A stretch of 64,000 nt of DNA from Octopus vulgaris (Eukaryota). Under the pieces are notes generated by a model. The model ran no database searches. It worked only from the letters and a program-made list of their open reading frames with translations, and was not told the origin of the DNA. The stretch spans positions 169,632,001 through 169,696,000 of the forward strand of contig OX597816.1 in the NCBI GenBank assembly GCA_951406725.2. The letters run 5' to 3'. Position 1 is the first letter of the stretch. The number at the start of each line of letters is the position of its first letter. A program made the translations under genes and the position numbers. Positions 37,973-52,378 of this stretch are shown here, in pieces.

Positions 37973-39249
37973 TTGGGTTGGCAACTAAGTTCCCGTCGTT
38001 CTTGTAAATTTTGGTATCTACTTTTTTCAGGAATTCTATTTTTGAATCATTTTGGAATCTATTTTATTTATTTTTTTCTAGTTAATTTTAGTTAATTTTT
38101 GTTTATTTTCAGATCATTAAAATGGAATGTCATGTTAAAAAAAATGAGCATGTTCAACACCTCCTTCTTTTTGCTTTTAATCAAGGTTCTAAGGCCGCAA
38201 AAGCTGCTCGCGACATTTGTGCTGTATATGGAGAGGGTGCCATAGCTGAAAGAACCGCTCGTGTATGGTATGCCAAGTTCAAAAAGGGAAATTTTGACCT
38301 GAAAGACGCACTTCGTTCTGGCCATCCAGTTGAGTTCGATGAAGAGCGATTAAACCAACTTTTGCACGAAAATTCTCCTCAAATGACAAGGGAACTGGCA
38401 GAGAAAATAGAATGCTCCCGCACTACTATAGAGAAGCATCTTCACTCGATGGAAAAGCTTCAGAAGTATGGAGCATGGGTTCTGCATGCTTTAAGTGACA
38501 ACAACAAAAATCAACGAGTCACAGCCTCCGCTGGTTTGCTTCCTCGTCACCGCTCAACTCATGGGCTCAAGGAACGATTTCTTTACCGAATCGTTACTGA
38601 CGACGAAAAATGGTGCCTGTACATCAATATAAAGAAGCTTAAGGAATGGCTTAGCCCCGGTAAACAAGCGACACCACGCGTGAAACAAGATCTTCTTCTG
38701 CGTAAAACGATGCTGTGCGTATGGTGGGACTGCAAACGGATTTTTCCATTGCGAATTACTTGAACGGAACCAAACGGTCAACGCGGAACTCTATGTTCAA
38801 CAGATGGAACGACTCAACATGGCTATTCAAGAGAAAAGACATAATCGTCAGCATGGAGTTTTTCTGCTGCATGACAACACTTGCCCTCATATAGCCATTA
38901 TGACCAATGAAGCCGTTCAAACGCATGACTGGAAAGTGCCGCCACACCTGCCGTACTCTCCTGATTTTACACCAACGGATAATCACCTCTTTCGATCTCT
39001 TTCAAATACTATGCGCGGAGTTTCGTTCAATACTGATACAGAATTGAGAGCTTGTTTGGATCAATGTTTCGGGTCGAAATCGGGTGATTTCTACCAACGA
39101 GGTATAGAAAATCTTGTTGAACGTTGGGAAGAAGTTGTAAACAACAAGGGTGAATACATTATCGATTAATTAGTTGTTATTTTTTTTTTATTAAACCCTT
39201 AAAAAAAATTAAATTTTAAAAAACGGTGGGAACTTTGTTGCCAACCCAA
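37973..39249 (+). mobile_element. Mariner DNA transposon, full length
   Basis: TIRs ttgggttggcaactaagttcccgtcgtt / aacggtgggaactttgttgccaacccaa, TA on both sides, length about 1.28 kb. Confidence 0.95.
38122..39169 (+). pseudogene. Mariner DD34D transposase with one frameshift near 38740
   Basis: WVLHAL (WVPHEL), IVTDDEKW, HDNTCPH, YSPDFTPTDNHLF with 34 residues between the second and third Asp. The two ORFs join across a single +1 shift. Confidence 0.93.
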
Positions 39250-39379
39250 TAGTAAATCATAAACTCAGGTAGAGACTTTGTTTAGAACAGTTTCAAAGAT
39301 AAAAGTATATTCCAGAAGACTCGTGGAAAGTATTCATCCCAAATATGGTGACATAAACAATTGGTGCATTTATCTATCC

Positions 39380-39380
<1 letters not shown>

Positions 39381-39437
<57 letters not shown>

Positions 39438-39609
39438 CACCACCACCACCACCACTACTACTACCACCACCACCACCACCACTACCACCACCACCACCAC
39501 CACCACCACTACTACTACCACCCTCGTCATCACTACCACCACCACCACCACCACCACCACCACCACCACCACCACTACTACTACCACCATCGTCACCACC
39601 AGCACCACC

Positions 39610-39688
<79 letters not shown>

Positions 39689-39703
39689 TTACTACTACTA
39701 CTA
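39381..39703. repeat. Compound (TAC)n-(CAC)n-(TAC)n trinucleotide microsatellite
   Basis: Directly visible. Confidence 0.95.
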
Positions 39704-40410
39704 TACACATTACACATAATTTCTACGACAAACGTAAAGAAGTGCATCGAATTCTAAGATCTACTATCTAGTGCTTCCACTACAATGGATATTTCACATA
39801 AATAGCTTCTGAAAAGAACTTCTCCAGTCACTGATATTCAGTTATCATCTCTTCAATCGACAATGAATAGCATTTTCTAACATTCAGCCATGTCTGTTAA
39901 GAATCTCTACGTGGTTGCTGGACATGTCAGAAAACGCAGTTAAATCTCCCTCGAATAGCATTCTGACGTCTTAAGAATGAAGGGCACACTTGACAACAGA
40001 ACCAAAGACATACAAAAGATAGGGGGTTGTGATGACTAAACCCACTTTGATTGTATGTTTTCCAACCAGGACTCAACAACAACAACAAAAGCAACAGCAG
40101 CAGCAGCAACAACAACAACAACTTTTCGGTAATAAACTTACCTGTATAAAGCGTCAGTTTGTAGGAACCGAACAAATATTTTATATGGAAATCTTGAAAA
40201 ACCGAATTGTTTTGAATTCGAAAAGTGTACAGCACCACACTCAGTACATTAAACACAACAATATGGAATCTTAATATGTCAAATGTCAATCTGTTTTTGT
40301 TCGTTAAATTTTCCCTCCCATTGTCACTCTGAAAGAAGAAAACGGTGGTTCTACTGAAATAAGTGGAATAGAAAGATAAGAAGTATTATAAAGAGAACTA
40401 GATCAGAAAG

Positions 40411-40574
40411 TTGTGGCTGTGTAGTTAGTAGCTTGCTAACCAGCCACATGTTTCCGGGTTCAGTCCCACTGCGTGGCATCTTGGGCAAGTGTCTTCTGCT
40501 ATAGCCTCGGGCCGACCAAAGCCTTGTGAGTGGATTTGGTAGACGGAAACTGAAAGAAGCCCGTCGTATATATG

Positions 40575-40609
<35 letters not shown>

Positions 40610-40817
40610 ATGTTTGTGTGTCTGTGTTTGTCCCTCTAGCATTGCTTGACAACCGATGTTGGTGTGTTTACGTCCCCGTCACTTAGCGGTTCGGCAAAAA
40701 GAGACCGATTGAATAAGTACTGGGCTTACAAAAAGAATAAGTCCCGGGGTCGATTTGCTCGACTAAAGGCGGTGCTCCAGCATGGCCGCAGTCAAATGAC
40801 TGAAACAAGTAAAAGAA
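40411..40817 (+). mobile_element. SINE family A, near full length, followed directly by a second head (40821-40924)
   Basis: Near-identical to the reverse complement of 4158-4568; then ggcgcagacgtggctgtgtggcaag...gggttcagtccc. Confidence 0.9.
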
Positions 40818-40929
40818 TATAGGCGCAGACGTGGCTGTGTGGCAAGAAGTTTACTTCCTAGCCACATGGCTTCGGGTTCAGTCCCCCAGAACGACACTTT
40901 GGATAAGTGCCTTCAACTATAGCCGCGAT

Positions 40930-41130
40930 GTTTTTCTCAGTTCTGATGGTTGTGTGTGTCCCAGAACGTTCATCGCTATCGACATTTTTTCTGATATCTT
41001 GACAACTTCTGAACTACTCGCACAATAGTCTGTGCCTCATACACTCCTCTCCATACACGTTCTGCAACTTTGGGTAGGCATCTGAGCAGGTGTCGCCATG
41101 ACAACTTTCTCTGTCGTGGTCAATGCGATG
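40930..41130 (-). mobile_element. Mariner-like transposase N-terminal remnant
   Basis: Minus strand encodes GDTCSDAYPKLQNVYGEECM, resembling the first HTH region of mariner transposases; short and decayed. Confidence 0.45.
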
Positions 41131-41279
41131 ATCGCACGCTACACGCCTTGCTTCAAATCACTGCGGTAAGCAACGAAAGTGAGCTAGAACGATAAGATTT
41201 AGTGCACATGTACAATCCGAGGCCACAAGTCGAGGACTGAAATTCTGTCACTTCAGAAATTGCTCTTCATCTACACACA

Positions 41280-41387
<108 letters not shown>

Positions 41388-41828
41388 CCAACGTCGTAAA
41401 TTCGGCACCGTTTCATTCTTTTCTTCTTACACTCCTATTTCTTTTGCTTCTCTTTGTGAAAAGGTTAACCTGAAGTATTTAGATTCTATTCCGCTTCTTT
41501 TATTGTGCATTTATGTTCATTATACAAATTCTTCTATTTTATTAGAAATACTGCATTTCTTAATCTCTCAGAGCAGCACGATAAAGTGATTGCTTGTTGC
41601 CAACTTAAAGTGGCAGTCCCAGGAAAGGGAAGAATGCTACTGTTTTTTAGCCCAGGGAACATCGTTTCCAGTTGGCTGTGTGACGCAAGAGTTCTGTGTC
41701 CAAACCATCATTCTATTTTACTGTTACGTTTATATTTCAACCCTTTTCCAGTCTGACTTCATGTTGTATTTTTATACGTTCCTTACCTTATAGATATTTC
41801 CATTTTATTTGTGTGATTTTTTATATGC

Positions 41829-41859
<31 letters not shown>

Positions 41860-41914
41860 TGTATGTATGTATGTATGTATGTACGTATGTATGTACGCAT
41901 GCATGCATGTATGC

Positions 41915-41964
<50 letters not shown>

Positions 41965-42100
41965 TAAATTAGAGATAAAACCACTATTAAGCAAATCAAA
42001 CAATGAAAAACATAAGTCAATACATAAAATTAATTATATTATTTTAAATATATATTTATTAAAAGTTTATAAATATAAATATAAATAAATAAATAAATAA

Positions 42101-42190
<90 letters not shown>

Positions 42191-42893
42191 ATATAAATTG
42201 CAGTTTTTCTCCTTGGAGGAAAACGGAAACCGTTATTATTTTTGAAATAGATATTGCTCCATATCAAATTTGAAGCCTTCACTCTCTTGTATGCAGTCTC
42301 CCTCTGCCTCGGTCACCCTTTCTCCCTTTCCCTCTCTTTCTCTCTGTCACCCTCACCCTCCTCTCTCTCAATAGTGTGGACTTAAATATCAATGAAAAGA
42401 ACCAGTGCAGCGAGTGTAATATGTGTGCGTGTAAATGTGTGTTTGTGGATGTAAGCAAATATTTGTATGCGTGTTTGTATGTATGCATGTGTAATGTATG
42501 TATGTATGTATGTATGTATGTATGTATATAAGCTGAAAATGAACATTTAAAGCGAAAGAATACCATTTTATTTTTTAGAGATAGATAGACAGATAGATTT
42601 ATAGATATATCATATTTCTATTTTGAACTACAAAAGAAATCTCATTCAAGTGCTTTTTTCATTCAAGAAGTCACTTTTACATCTTCAATTAATATTATTT
42701 TTGGTTATGCTGACTTTGGCAATTGCTTAGAACTATATTTATATTTTTACTTTATTGTAAAAAAATGAAAAATATTCATATTTTCCATGCCTATTTTTAT
42801 TTCCTTTTTTAACACTGTGGATTAAAATAATAATGAACGTAACTTGATTGTTTAAAGTGAACGATATACTAAGTTAAATATATACATATATAA

Positions 42894-43034
<141 letters not shown>

Positions 43035-43196
43035 ATATTATATATGATAATTATTATTTGAGGGAATAAAATCCAAACTTACAAGGAAAAAGAATTCAAT
43101 TTACGTACTTTAGCTTTGTTCCTATGGCAACAATCCGGATACTTAGTGCTCAAACCACGTATACGTATATACGTACATATATGTATGTATGTGTAT

Positions 43197-43247
<51 letters not shown>

Positions 43248-43442
43248 CATGTGTATGGGGACAGTAGATCTCTCAATATTTATATGCTACAATCTTTCGC
43301 TCTATGTGTGCTTCGAGATCTACGATTGCAGAGAAAGAATTATAATTCTTGACTTTAACAATTATACATACATACATACAACATGCATACATGCATACAT
43401 AAAACATACATACATACATATATATATATATATACACATATA

Positions 43443-43504
<62 letters not shown>

Positions 43505-43862
43505 TATATGCATATACACATACATACATATATATACATATATACTTACATACATATATATACATAATTGCATACATCAAGCATTGAGTTCTTGAGCAAA
43601 ACACTTCATCGCCCGTTCCTTCAGTTACATTTAACCATAAATAGGTGACCTGCCTAGGCTGTGGGTTTGCATCATTCAAAAGTTGCAACAATATGAAGTA
43701 CATTGTGAGCAGGGTGTATAACATCCGATAGTCACTCTCCTTTTCTCTCTCTCTCCCTGTTTGTCTGTCTCTCTCCCTGTCTGTCTGTCTCTCTCCCTGT
43801 CTCTCTCTTTCTCTCTCTCTATATATATGTACACACGCGTCTATGTACATATATACACACAT

Positions 43863-43933
<71 letters not shown>

Positions 43934-44925
43934 CATACAGTTTTATCGCAAAATTTATTTCTTTTGATACTGTTCATATTATGAAAAAATCGAAATGCAG
44001 AGACGTAAACATTCATAATTTTATTCTATTGTAATTTAATTTGTGAATTATTGAAATTGTTCGAATTACTTGCTCGTCAACAACACTATCTCCTCTTGCC
44101 AAAACAAATCGATTAACTCTTTAGCGTTGACTGGCTAATACCTTCTGGCCATTCAACCTATAAAAATTTATACTAAACTTATAAAATATTATTATAAAAG
44201 TACTTTTAAAATCATAGTAAAGGGGAAAATGCAGGTCTCGTATTATTTTGCGGTTGCAAATGATAAGTAGGTTAATAACATATTGTTTATGGTTTGGTGA
44301 AATACAAATTGATAATATAGAACTTTTCAAAAGACTAACCTTTAATCTATTTCCAGGGCACTACCAAAATTCTTATTACTAGAAATAACAACTATCGATA
44401 GTATGTTTACCATTTTCTTCGATGAAACATCGGAAATTACGAAATTATTCCGTCGTACATTCAATTTTTTGTTTTAATGTAAATATAATATATTCGCTTG
44501 CGGCATCATTTTGATTTCATTCATAGATATTTTAGTCAACGGTGTTAAAGAAAAGAAGAAAAAACAAGCGATTGCTTTTGTTTTCAATTACAATCTCTAA
44601 CAAGTTGTGAAGAAGCCCGAAGGCGGTAGTAGTAGGGATTATGAATTCCATGTAAAAGACTGGAGGCCTCAAGTTTAAAGTGGAACGATTTCGGTTTCGA
44701 TACACGTATGTGTTAATATTGGACTTTGTTTTTCCTCCAAAAATGAACATAAACGAACATGACTATACTGGTTAATGAAAATAGTAAGATAAAATTCGTG
44801 GTACGTAGTTCACCATACATTGAAACGCACTTATATGTATATGCATTCATGTATATATATCTCTGTCGACATCCATCTATCTATCTGTCCTACCATATCT
44901 ATCTGTCCCTCCATTCGTCCTACCA

Positions 44926-45003
<78 letters not shown>

Positions 45004-46426
45004 ATCGATTTATCTATCTATCCACTCGCCCTTCTCTTTCTCTCTCTCTCTCTATATATATATATATACACACACACACACATATATATATATAGGGAGA
45101 GAGAGAGAGAGTGTGTGTGTATATGTGTGTGTTTCAGGTGGTGTACAGGTATTGCATATTGAGAAAAAAGTGGCAGTCAGAATTTTGGATAATTCTATAG
45201 TAGCGCTTTCTTTCGTTTATCGAACTCAAGATAAAATCAGAATCAAAATGGTAAAGACAGAATGTTTCGTTGTTCATTAATATTAATCAAATGCATTTTT
45301 GCTTTGTTTAGAAGCGGAGAATATTGTTTTATTGCTTGTTTGGGAAGAGCGGGAAAGAGAGAAAGAAAGAATAGCAAAGGGGTGGAATAGACAAAGAGAG
45401 AAGTTTCGGAACAATCAAGAAAGAGGAAAAAATAATAATGGATGGGGAAAGGATAGATAGATAAACAGATAGATAGATAGATATATAGAGAGAAGTTTCC
45501 TTGCAATTTGATGTGGTTAATTCATTGAAATTTCATTACGAAGCATTTTTCCTTTTTACTTTCGCCTCTCTTTTTTCCTCCCATTGTATACCTATCAACA
45601 TATTTGTAAATAAACACATTTTCTCACAAGCGCTGGTGATCTTGCAAAATGTCAATTTTAGGAAGTAGGATGGAAAAGATAAGAAAAGAGGGGAGGGTGC
45701 GGTCATCAACGAATAATAGAAAAGAGCTCAAAGTTCAAAGTCCTATGAGAATGTATATTCCTTTACACTTGTATAGTAAAGTCCCGTATTCTGTGTAATT
45801 CCATGTTCTGCATGAACAAACATTAAATATTAGTACAATATTGATAAATTAGGAAAATAAAGTGAGAAAATAAAAAAAATATTTGGTACTGTTTATAATT
45901 TAATCTATTCTCTGTGTACATTTAATCATACATCATAAATGAATTGTGTATGTATATTGTATATACATATACAGAGTGGCTTAGATGGAAACCACTCTGT
46001 AGGATATAAATTATATAATAAAGCAGGACCTGGTTAAATATATTTTTAGGTATATTTCATCCATCTGTAGGATTTCTTTTTCTTTTTCTTGCTTGCTTGG
46101 ATAAGATAATTCAAAATAGAGCTTTTTGACGAATTACTTTGCCAAGTAGCTACACTAGGAAAGATATCTAATGTAGCTACATAGCAAAGCAATTTGAGAA
46201 AAAGATCCCTTTTGATTAATCTTATCCGAGCAAGCAAGAAAAGAAAAATGGATCTTAGAAACTTTAGCGTGCAATAGCGTTAAAAACAGTGTGGTACAGA
46301 AACAATTGTAACTGGTTATTAACGATGGTCTAAACTCTTTCTTTGTTTTGTTATTTGGACCATAAGTATCTATCTATCTATTTGTCTGTCTGTCTGTCTA
46401 TCTATCTATCTGTCTCGATAGATAGA

Positions 46427-46472
<46 letters not shown>

Positions 46473-46558
46473 TAAATAGATAGATAGATAGATAGAAATA
46501 TGTGCTTGCATATAATACACACACATACACGTATGCACGCGCACAAACACACACACAT

Positions 46559-47794
46559 ATAGGTCATCCCATAAATAATGCGATTTTTTCAAATGCATGA
46601 ACTAAAAGTCGGAGGAGGATAGGATAAACCACCAGCATCAACTTGCTACAAAAGCAGCTAGTAATTTTACCTTGTACTTATTCTTAGTGCAAGTTTTGAA
46701 GAGTGCAGTTCAATTTTAACAGTTATGTTTCAAAACTATAATGGCAACGAGAAATATTCGGCATATTTTGCTTTATGAGTTCAGTAAAGGCAGTAACGTA
46801 ATGGAAGATACGAGAAATACTAATGAAGTATATGGGGATCGGACAATAAGCGTAAGCCACTGTCAACGGTGGTTCCAGAAATTCTGAGCCGGGGACTACA
46901 GCCTAGAAGACGAGTCTCGTCCTGTAACATCTGCAGAGCTCGATGAGGACGGCCTGCACACCCTGGTGGAACAAAAATCCCATCGTAACTGTTGAGGAAC
47001 AAGCAGAGAAGATTGGATTTGCTCATTCAACCATTCATCGTCAGCAAAGTGGGTCAATGGATTCCTCACAAACGTTCCGAGTCTAATCGCGCGCAGAGAG
47101 TGAATGTGTGTTCTTTGCTTTCACGTATTGCGAATGAATCGTTTTTGGATCGAATAATGACTGGCGACGAGAAATGGGTTCTCTGTAAAAATATCAAGCG
47201 CCGAAGACAGTAGGTAGAGAAAGGAGAAACACCAGTACCCCAGGTTAATGAAGGTCTTCACCCACGTAAGGTGTTATCTGTTTGGTGGGATATGAAAAGT
47301 TTAGTCTACTTTGAGCTTTTAAAGCCAAACCAAACGATAACAAAGGAGATCTACTGCGAGCAGCTTGAGCGGCTTAGGTCAGCGCTAGAAGTCAAACGAC
47401 CATCTTTGGTTTCAAAATGAAAGATGTTTTTCCATCAGGTTGATGCTCGGCCACATATAGTGAGGATGACATTCCAAAGGCTGGAGCAGTTTGAATGGAA
47501 AACGATGCCCCACTCATCATATTTGCCGGACATTGCGCCATCTGATTATTATTTATTCTGCAATCTTCAAAATCATTTGGACGGAAAATATATGAATTCT
47601 GTAGACGAGGTCAGAACAGTACTGACGGCTAGTTTTTGTCACGGACAAGTGAATTTTGGAAGAGGGGCCTTGGAAGTCTACCAGAAAGATTGAAGAACAT
47701 TGTAGAAAATGAAGGAAAGTATATGTTAGATTAAAACAGAATTTTGAAAAATAGAAGAAGTATAGAAAAACTGCATTATTTATATGACGACCCA

Positions 47795-47795
<1 letters not shown>
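46559..47795 (+). mobile_element. Second mariner element, decayed, different family from 37973-39249
   Basis: Imperfect TIRs ggtcatcccataaataatgcgattttt / aaaaactgcattatttatatgacgaccc. Transposase remnants at 46741-47734: IRHILLYEF, GQWIPHK, IMTGDEKW, HQVDARPH, YLPDIAPSDYYLF, EGKYMLD-stop. Confidence 0.9.
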
Positions 47796-47842
<47 letters not shown>

Positions 47843-47846
<4 letters not shown>

Positions 47847-48166
47847 GAAATGAAGAAAAAATGCTGACAAAATAATTTAAGTAAGGGAGAGTGTATTTAA
47901 TTAGGTGAAAGTTCTTTTTACTTGCATTTGTTATGCTTATCAAAAGATATTTTTTAAGAGAGATAGAGTTCCTTTCTGATAGATTTTTTTCTCTTATCTT
48001 TTTCCCCAGATAAGAGGGAAAAAAATCTATCAGAAAGGAACTCTATCTCTCTTAAAAAATATCTTTTGATAAGCATAACAACGCAACCGGTAAAAAGAAC
48101 TTTCACCTAATTAAATACACCCTCCCTTGCTTAAATTATTTTGTCAGCATATTCTTCATTTCCTTT
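47843..48166. repeat. Near-perfect fold-back hairpin, arms about 155-160 bp
   Basis: aaaggaaatgaagaa...ctcttatct-ttttcccc-agataagag...ttcttcatttccttt; flanked by (TA)n. Confidence 0.92.
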
Positions 48167-48200
48167 TTTTATATATCACAACTCGTGTTCCACATCTCCT

Positions 48201-48294
<94 letters not shown>

Positions 48295-48559
48295 CATATG
48301 CAAGTACCCCCCCACACGCATACACTACAATAGATGATATCTGCTGCTTCCAGTGTTACCAACGTGGCTATTCTGAATCCCAATATGACTTAATAATGGA
48401 CAGAGAAATAATCAATATATGCTGTTTGAGACGGGTTGCAGAGAAAGTGCGATGGGAAGTGGGGAATCTTAAAATTTTCCTGTGCATCGTATCATGACAC
48501 GCTCTCTAATAAACTGGAAAGTGCCGTTAATGTGTTAAATGTGATTATTTCTTTTCGTC

Positions 48560-49400
48560 AGAGCTGCAGCTATCTAAGGCGGAGAATCAATTAATAGAAT
48601 CTGGGAAGTCAGAAATGGTAACAAGTGCGGGAGTAATAGGTCTTGTTTGCTCTTTATTTCTCTGTTTTGTTGCTTGATTACGCGTTTAAAGACTTTGATA
48701 AAGGAGTTCTAACTGCATTCGGCAATAGTACATGCGTATCAACAATGAATGAGTCAACATTTATTTTTCATATACTATTGCTGATGCTGCAGTACTTGTG
48801 ATAATATAGTTAGAAGAAGCTCAATTTAACTGTTGAATAGTTCCTGCGCTGTTAATGAGATTAGTATCACTATAATCATAAAGTAATCAAGTAATTCACC
48901 AGCATTAAGTCAACCGTAGGCAGAGAAAATAAAGTTGATGCAGCCTGCCTATATTCTTACAACAACTAACATAAAAGTTGACGATGCTTTCCTGAATTAC
49001 AACATCATAAATAACATCAAAAGAAACTGGCTGTTTTGGGAAATTGCAGTTTCAAGTTTGATTCGAAGGAGATCTTACTTTAGAAATAAAATTGAAGCGT
49101 ATCGAGCTGTAGTTCATTTGACTTTATCATGTGGGACTCCTTATAGGTGCCATAAAGAATTTGATATTTTCCACAAACGATGCCTGCTTAATATCTATGG
49201 ATATAACTGGAACGACAAGTTCTGTAACATCGATATTTTCAAGTAATGTGTCATTTCAGATATTGAACCTTTTCTTATCTAGTCTCATTTTTGATGACCT
49301 GGTCATGCAATTCGCCTGTTGAAAGTTCTTCCCAATACCAAGATAAATGGAAATAAAATGTGATTTAAATATATCATAAGATATATATCATATGGAAAGA
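48560..49400 (+). mobile_element. Highly decayed RTE/BovB-like LINE RT remnant
   Basis: IADAAVL (FADD-like), KIEAYRAVVHLTLSCG, FHKRCLLNIYGYNWNDKFCNIDIF, PGHAIRL in the expected order. Confidence 0.6.
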
Positions 49401-49809
49401 ATGACGCAGGTTGGCAAATCATGTCACTATGAAACTAATGATTTTCAAAGTTAGCTAGGATAAAGTATAATACCAAAAGTTCGAATCCAGTTTGTTATAT
49501 ATATATATATATATATATACATTTGCATGTATGTATGCATATATGCATGTATATATATACACACACACACATACAAACACATACGTACGTGTGTGTGTAT
49601 ACACACATGTGTGCGTGTCTGTGTAAGCATGTGTGCATTTGTGCGTGTTTATAATATTACTGAGATCACTCACTGTTGCCTCATATTCGTGTTTCGCAAT
49701 TCCGCATTGATCACGCAACTGACGACTATATATCTTCTGACAGAGCAAAGGTGCAGTCAATAGAGATAAAATAAAACTATGATGATGATTTCTTATTTAG
49801 ACACATGCT

Positions 49810-51510
49810 CTTGTGGGATGGAGTTACTCGGTACTATTGAGCCCAGTTCTTGACTGGTATTTTATTCTTTCGATCCGAGAGAAATGAAAGCCGAACTCGG
49901 CAAAATTTGAATTCAGATTGTAAAGAGTCGGAACAAATGTTGCAAGGCATTTCCAATGCTATGATGATTCGGCGGCCAACTCGTCACTTTGTAATAATTT
50001 GCACTTTGGTATCGTGCGAGTAATATTGCATGAAGAGGATTAAAAACGGACGAAATACCTATTTCTTTACTACCCACAAGGGGCTAAACACAGGGGACAC
50101 ACAAGGACAGACAAACGGATTAAATCGATTATATCGACCCCAGTGCGTAACTGGTACTTATTTAATCGACTGGTACTTAATTTGCACTTTGGCATCGGGC
50201 GAGTAATATTGCATGAAGAGGATTGGTACTTTATATCATCGACATCGGCGGGATTTGAACTCAGAACAGTAAAACCATTTTCTCCGACGCTCTAACGATT
50301 CTGTCTGCTCTACGCTCTTAGAAAATGTGTAATAATGAAAAAGCAAAAGAAGAAAAAACTCTCCTAAAACGTGTATCTGTACCAACAAACTAAGGCAGTT
50401 GGTTAAATAGCGTATTTCTATCTTCTTAGCTCCTTAATGGAAAGTGCTTCATTTAGTTCGACTTGTATACTGTGTCAAATTTACTTCAGGACGTAGGGAA
50501 GAAATGTTTCCAGGTCACAAACTGCGTTAGAGACCAGTGCAATTTACAATTTAAACACATGTAATATGATTGTAGCAAAATATACTGTAAGCTTGGAGGC
50601 AGCAAAACAAATTCTGAAGCTATCAGAATAAGTAGGTTGGTCATTGAGGAAAGATCAATTTTTATGAACAAAGGGATTTAATAAATGCTAATTAAGTCAG
50701 TCGTAGTGGAAAGCAACATGCAAATGATTACACTCTATCGTATGATACTTTTTATAGGAGACTGGTACTTGTTTTATCGACATCAAAAAGGTGAAAGACC
50801 TGGGTGGAGTTTGAACTCAGAACCTGAAGACGGACGAAATACTGCTAAGAATTTTCCCCGGGGTATCTGACGATTCTGCCAGCTATCTGCCTTAATGATA
50901 ATGATAAAAGTTTCAAATTTTGGCCGTGGATCAGCATTTCGGGGTAGGAATTAGTTGATTACATCGACTCCAGTGGTCATCTGTTACTTATTTTATTGAC
51001 TCCATAAAGATGAAAGACAAATTCTTCCTCGGAGCGTTTGAACTCAGAACTTGAAAACGGACGAAATACCTATTTCTTTACTACCCATAAGGGTCTAAAC
51101 ACAGAGCGGACAAACAAGGACAGACATAAGTATTAAGTCGATTACATCGACCCAGTGCGTAACTGGTACTTATTTAATCGACCCCGAATGGATGAAAGGC
51201 AAAGTCGACCTCGGCGGAATTTGAACTCACAACGTAACGGCAGACGAAATACCGCTAAGCATTTCGCCCGGTGTGCTAACGCTTTTGCCAGCTCGCCGCC
51301 TTAATGATAATAACAATTTTTTTCTGTTATAAATACAAGGCCTGAAATTTTGAGGGACGAGGCAAGTCAATTACATTAACTTCATTTCTCGACTGCTACT
51401 CATTTTATAGACCCCGAATTCAGGGACATTTGAATTCAGAACCCAACGATGGGCAAAATTACGTTAAGGGTTTTCTCCAGTGTGCTAGCCATTCTGCCAG
51501 CGTGCCGCCT
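49810..51510 (-). mobile_element. Cluster of about seven same-strand SINE family C copies and fragments
   Basis: Repeated ttgaactcagaac / ctggtactta / gattctgccagc motifs on +; the best copy is at about 51070-51300. Confidence 0.85.
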
Positions 51511-52378
51511 TCGTGCTGTCAAATAATAAAATTTGGGTCGATTGTTAATGCCTTATAAAGATCTATCTCTACCAATTATAGGCATGTTCAACCCCCCCCC
51601 CCCGAATATCTCTTTCTCCATGCGTACATATCGACTGACAGCGAATAAATATTAGTGATACATAATGATAAATGCACACTGACGGAAAAATTATGTAACC
51701 TTTTGATGTATTCACTTCACAAGTAATATTCCCCATGTTTCATTGTATAAAGTTTGCGATTTAGTAACTCCAGCTTTATAATGCTTACTTGCGTATACTT
51801 ATTTTACAATTTTTTTTTTATTCCAACATTATATTCACTATAGATTTATTTTCGATAGCTATTTTGTTATATATATATATATATATATATATCTATATAC
51901 ATGAATGTATGTTTGTGTTTATGTTTTCAAGTATGCGAGAAACTTTAAATTGTTTGGCCTGCATAGAAATTAATCCCGTCCTTTGAAGTTTATAAAGTTG
52001 ATCTATAATTTGTCGAAATTACAGTGATTAATTATTAAATGTTGGTTGGTTACTAAATTTTGACAATATCTGGTGAAATATTCTGGGCGCTCTGTTTAAA
52101 TTATATAATTATTTCTATTCAATTTCGGTTGACTTTAAGACGATTAGAAAGCGAATACACCATAGATTCCAATGAATAGCACAAAATGCGAGAAAATATA
52201 TAGCTTACGGCATCCTATTCAATGTATTAAAGTCAGTAAAACGTTCAATAGATATCTGCTTCTTATCTATGTGCAAAAATATTTCTACAGAATACACGTA
52301 GCCATTCAAAGTAAAGAAAATAGTCAAATATTTTTCGACTATTTTTCAGCCGACAAAAACCAGCAAACTATAAATGTA

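Noticed and set aside
39278-39771. Poly-Thr/Pro/Leu mucin-like ORFs
   Set aside because: Pure trinucleotide microsatellite open in several frames, with no unique coding flanks.
40029-40274. PolyQ-containing 81-aa ORF
   Set aside because: Short (CAA/CAG)n repeat with no splice or homology support.
43105-43161. Possible solo mariner-like TIR partnering the 40930-41130 fragment
   Set aside because: Resemblance is from memory only, and no matching second TIR was found.
50820-50845. CTGAAGA-cggac-GAAA hammerhead-like boxes
   Set aside because: No stem II or III pairing; lies on the antisense strand of a SINE C head, so probably chance.
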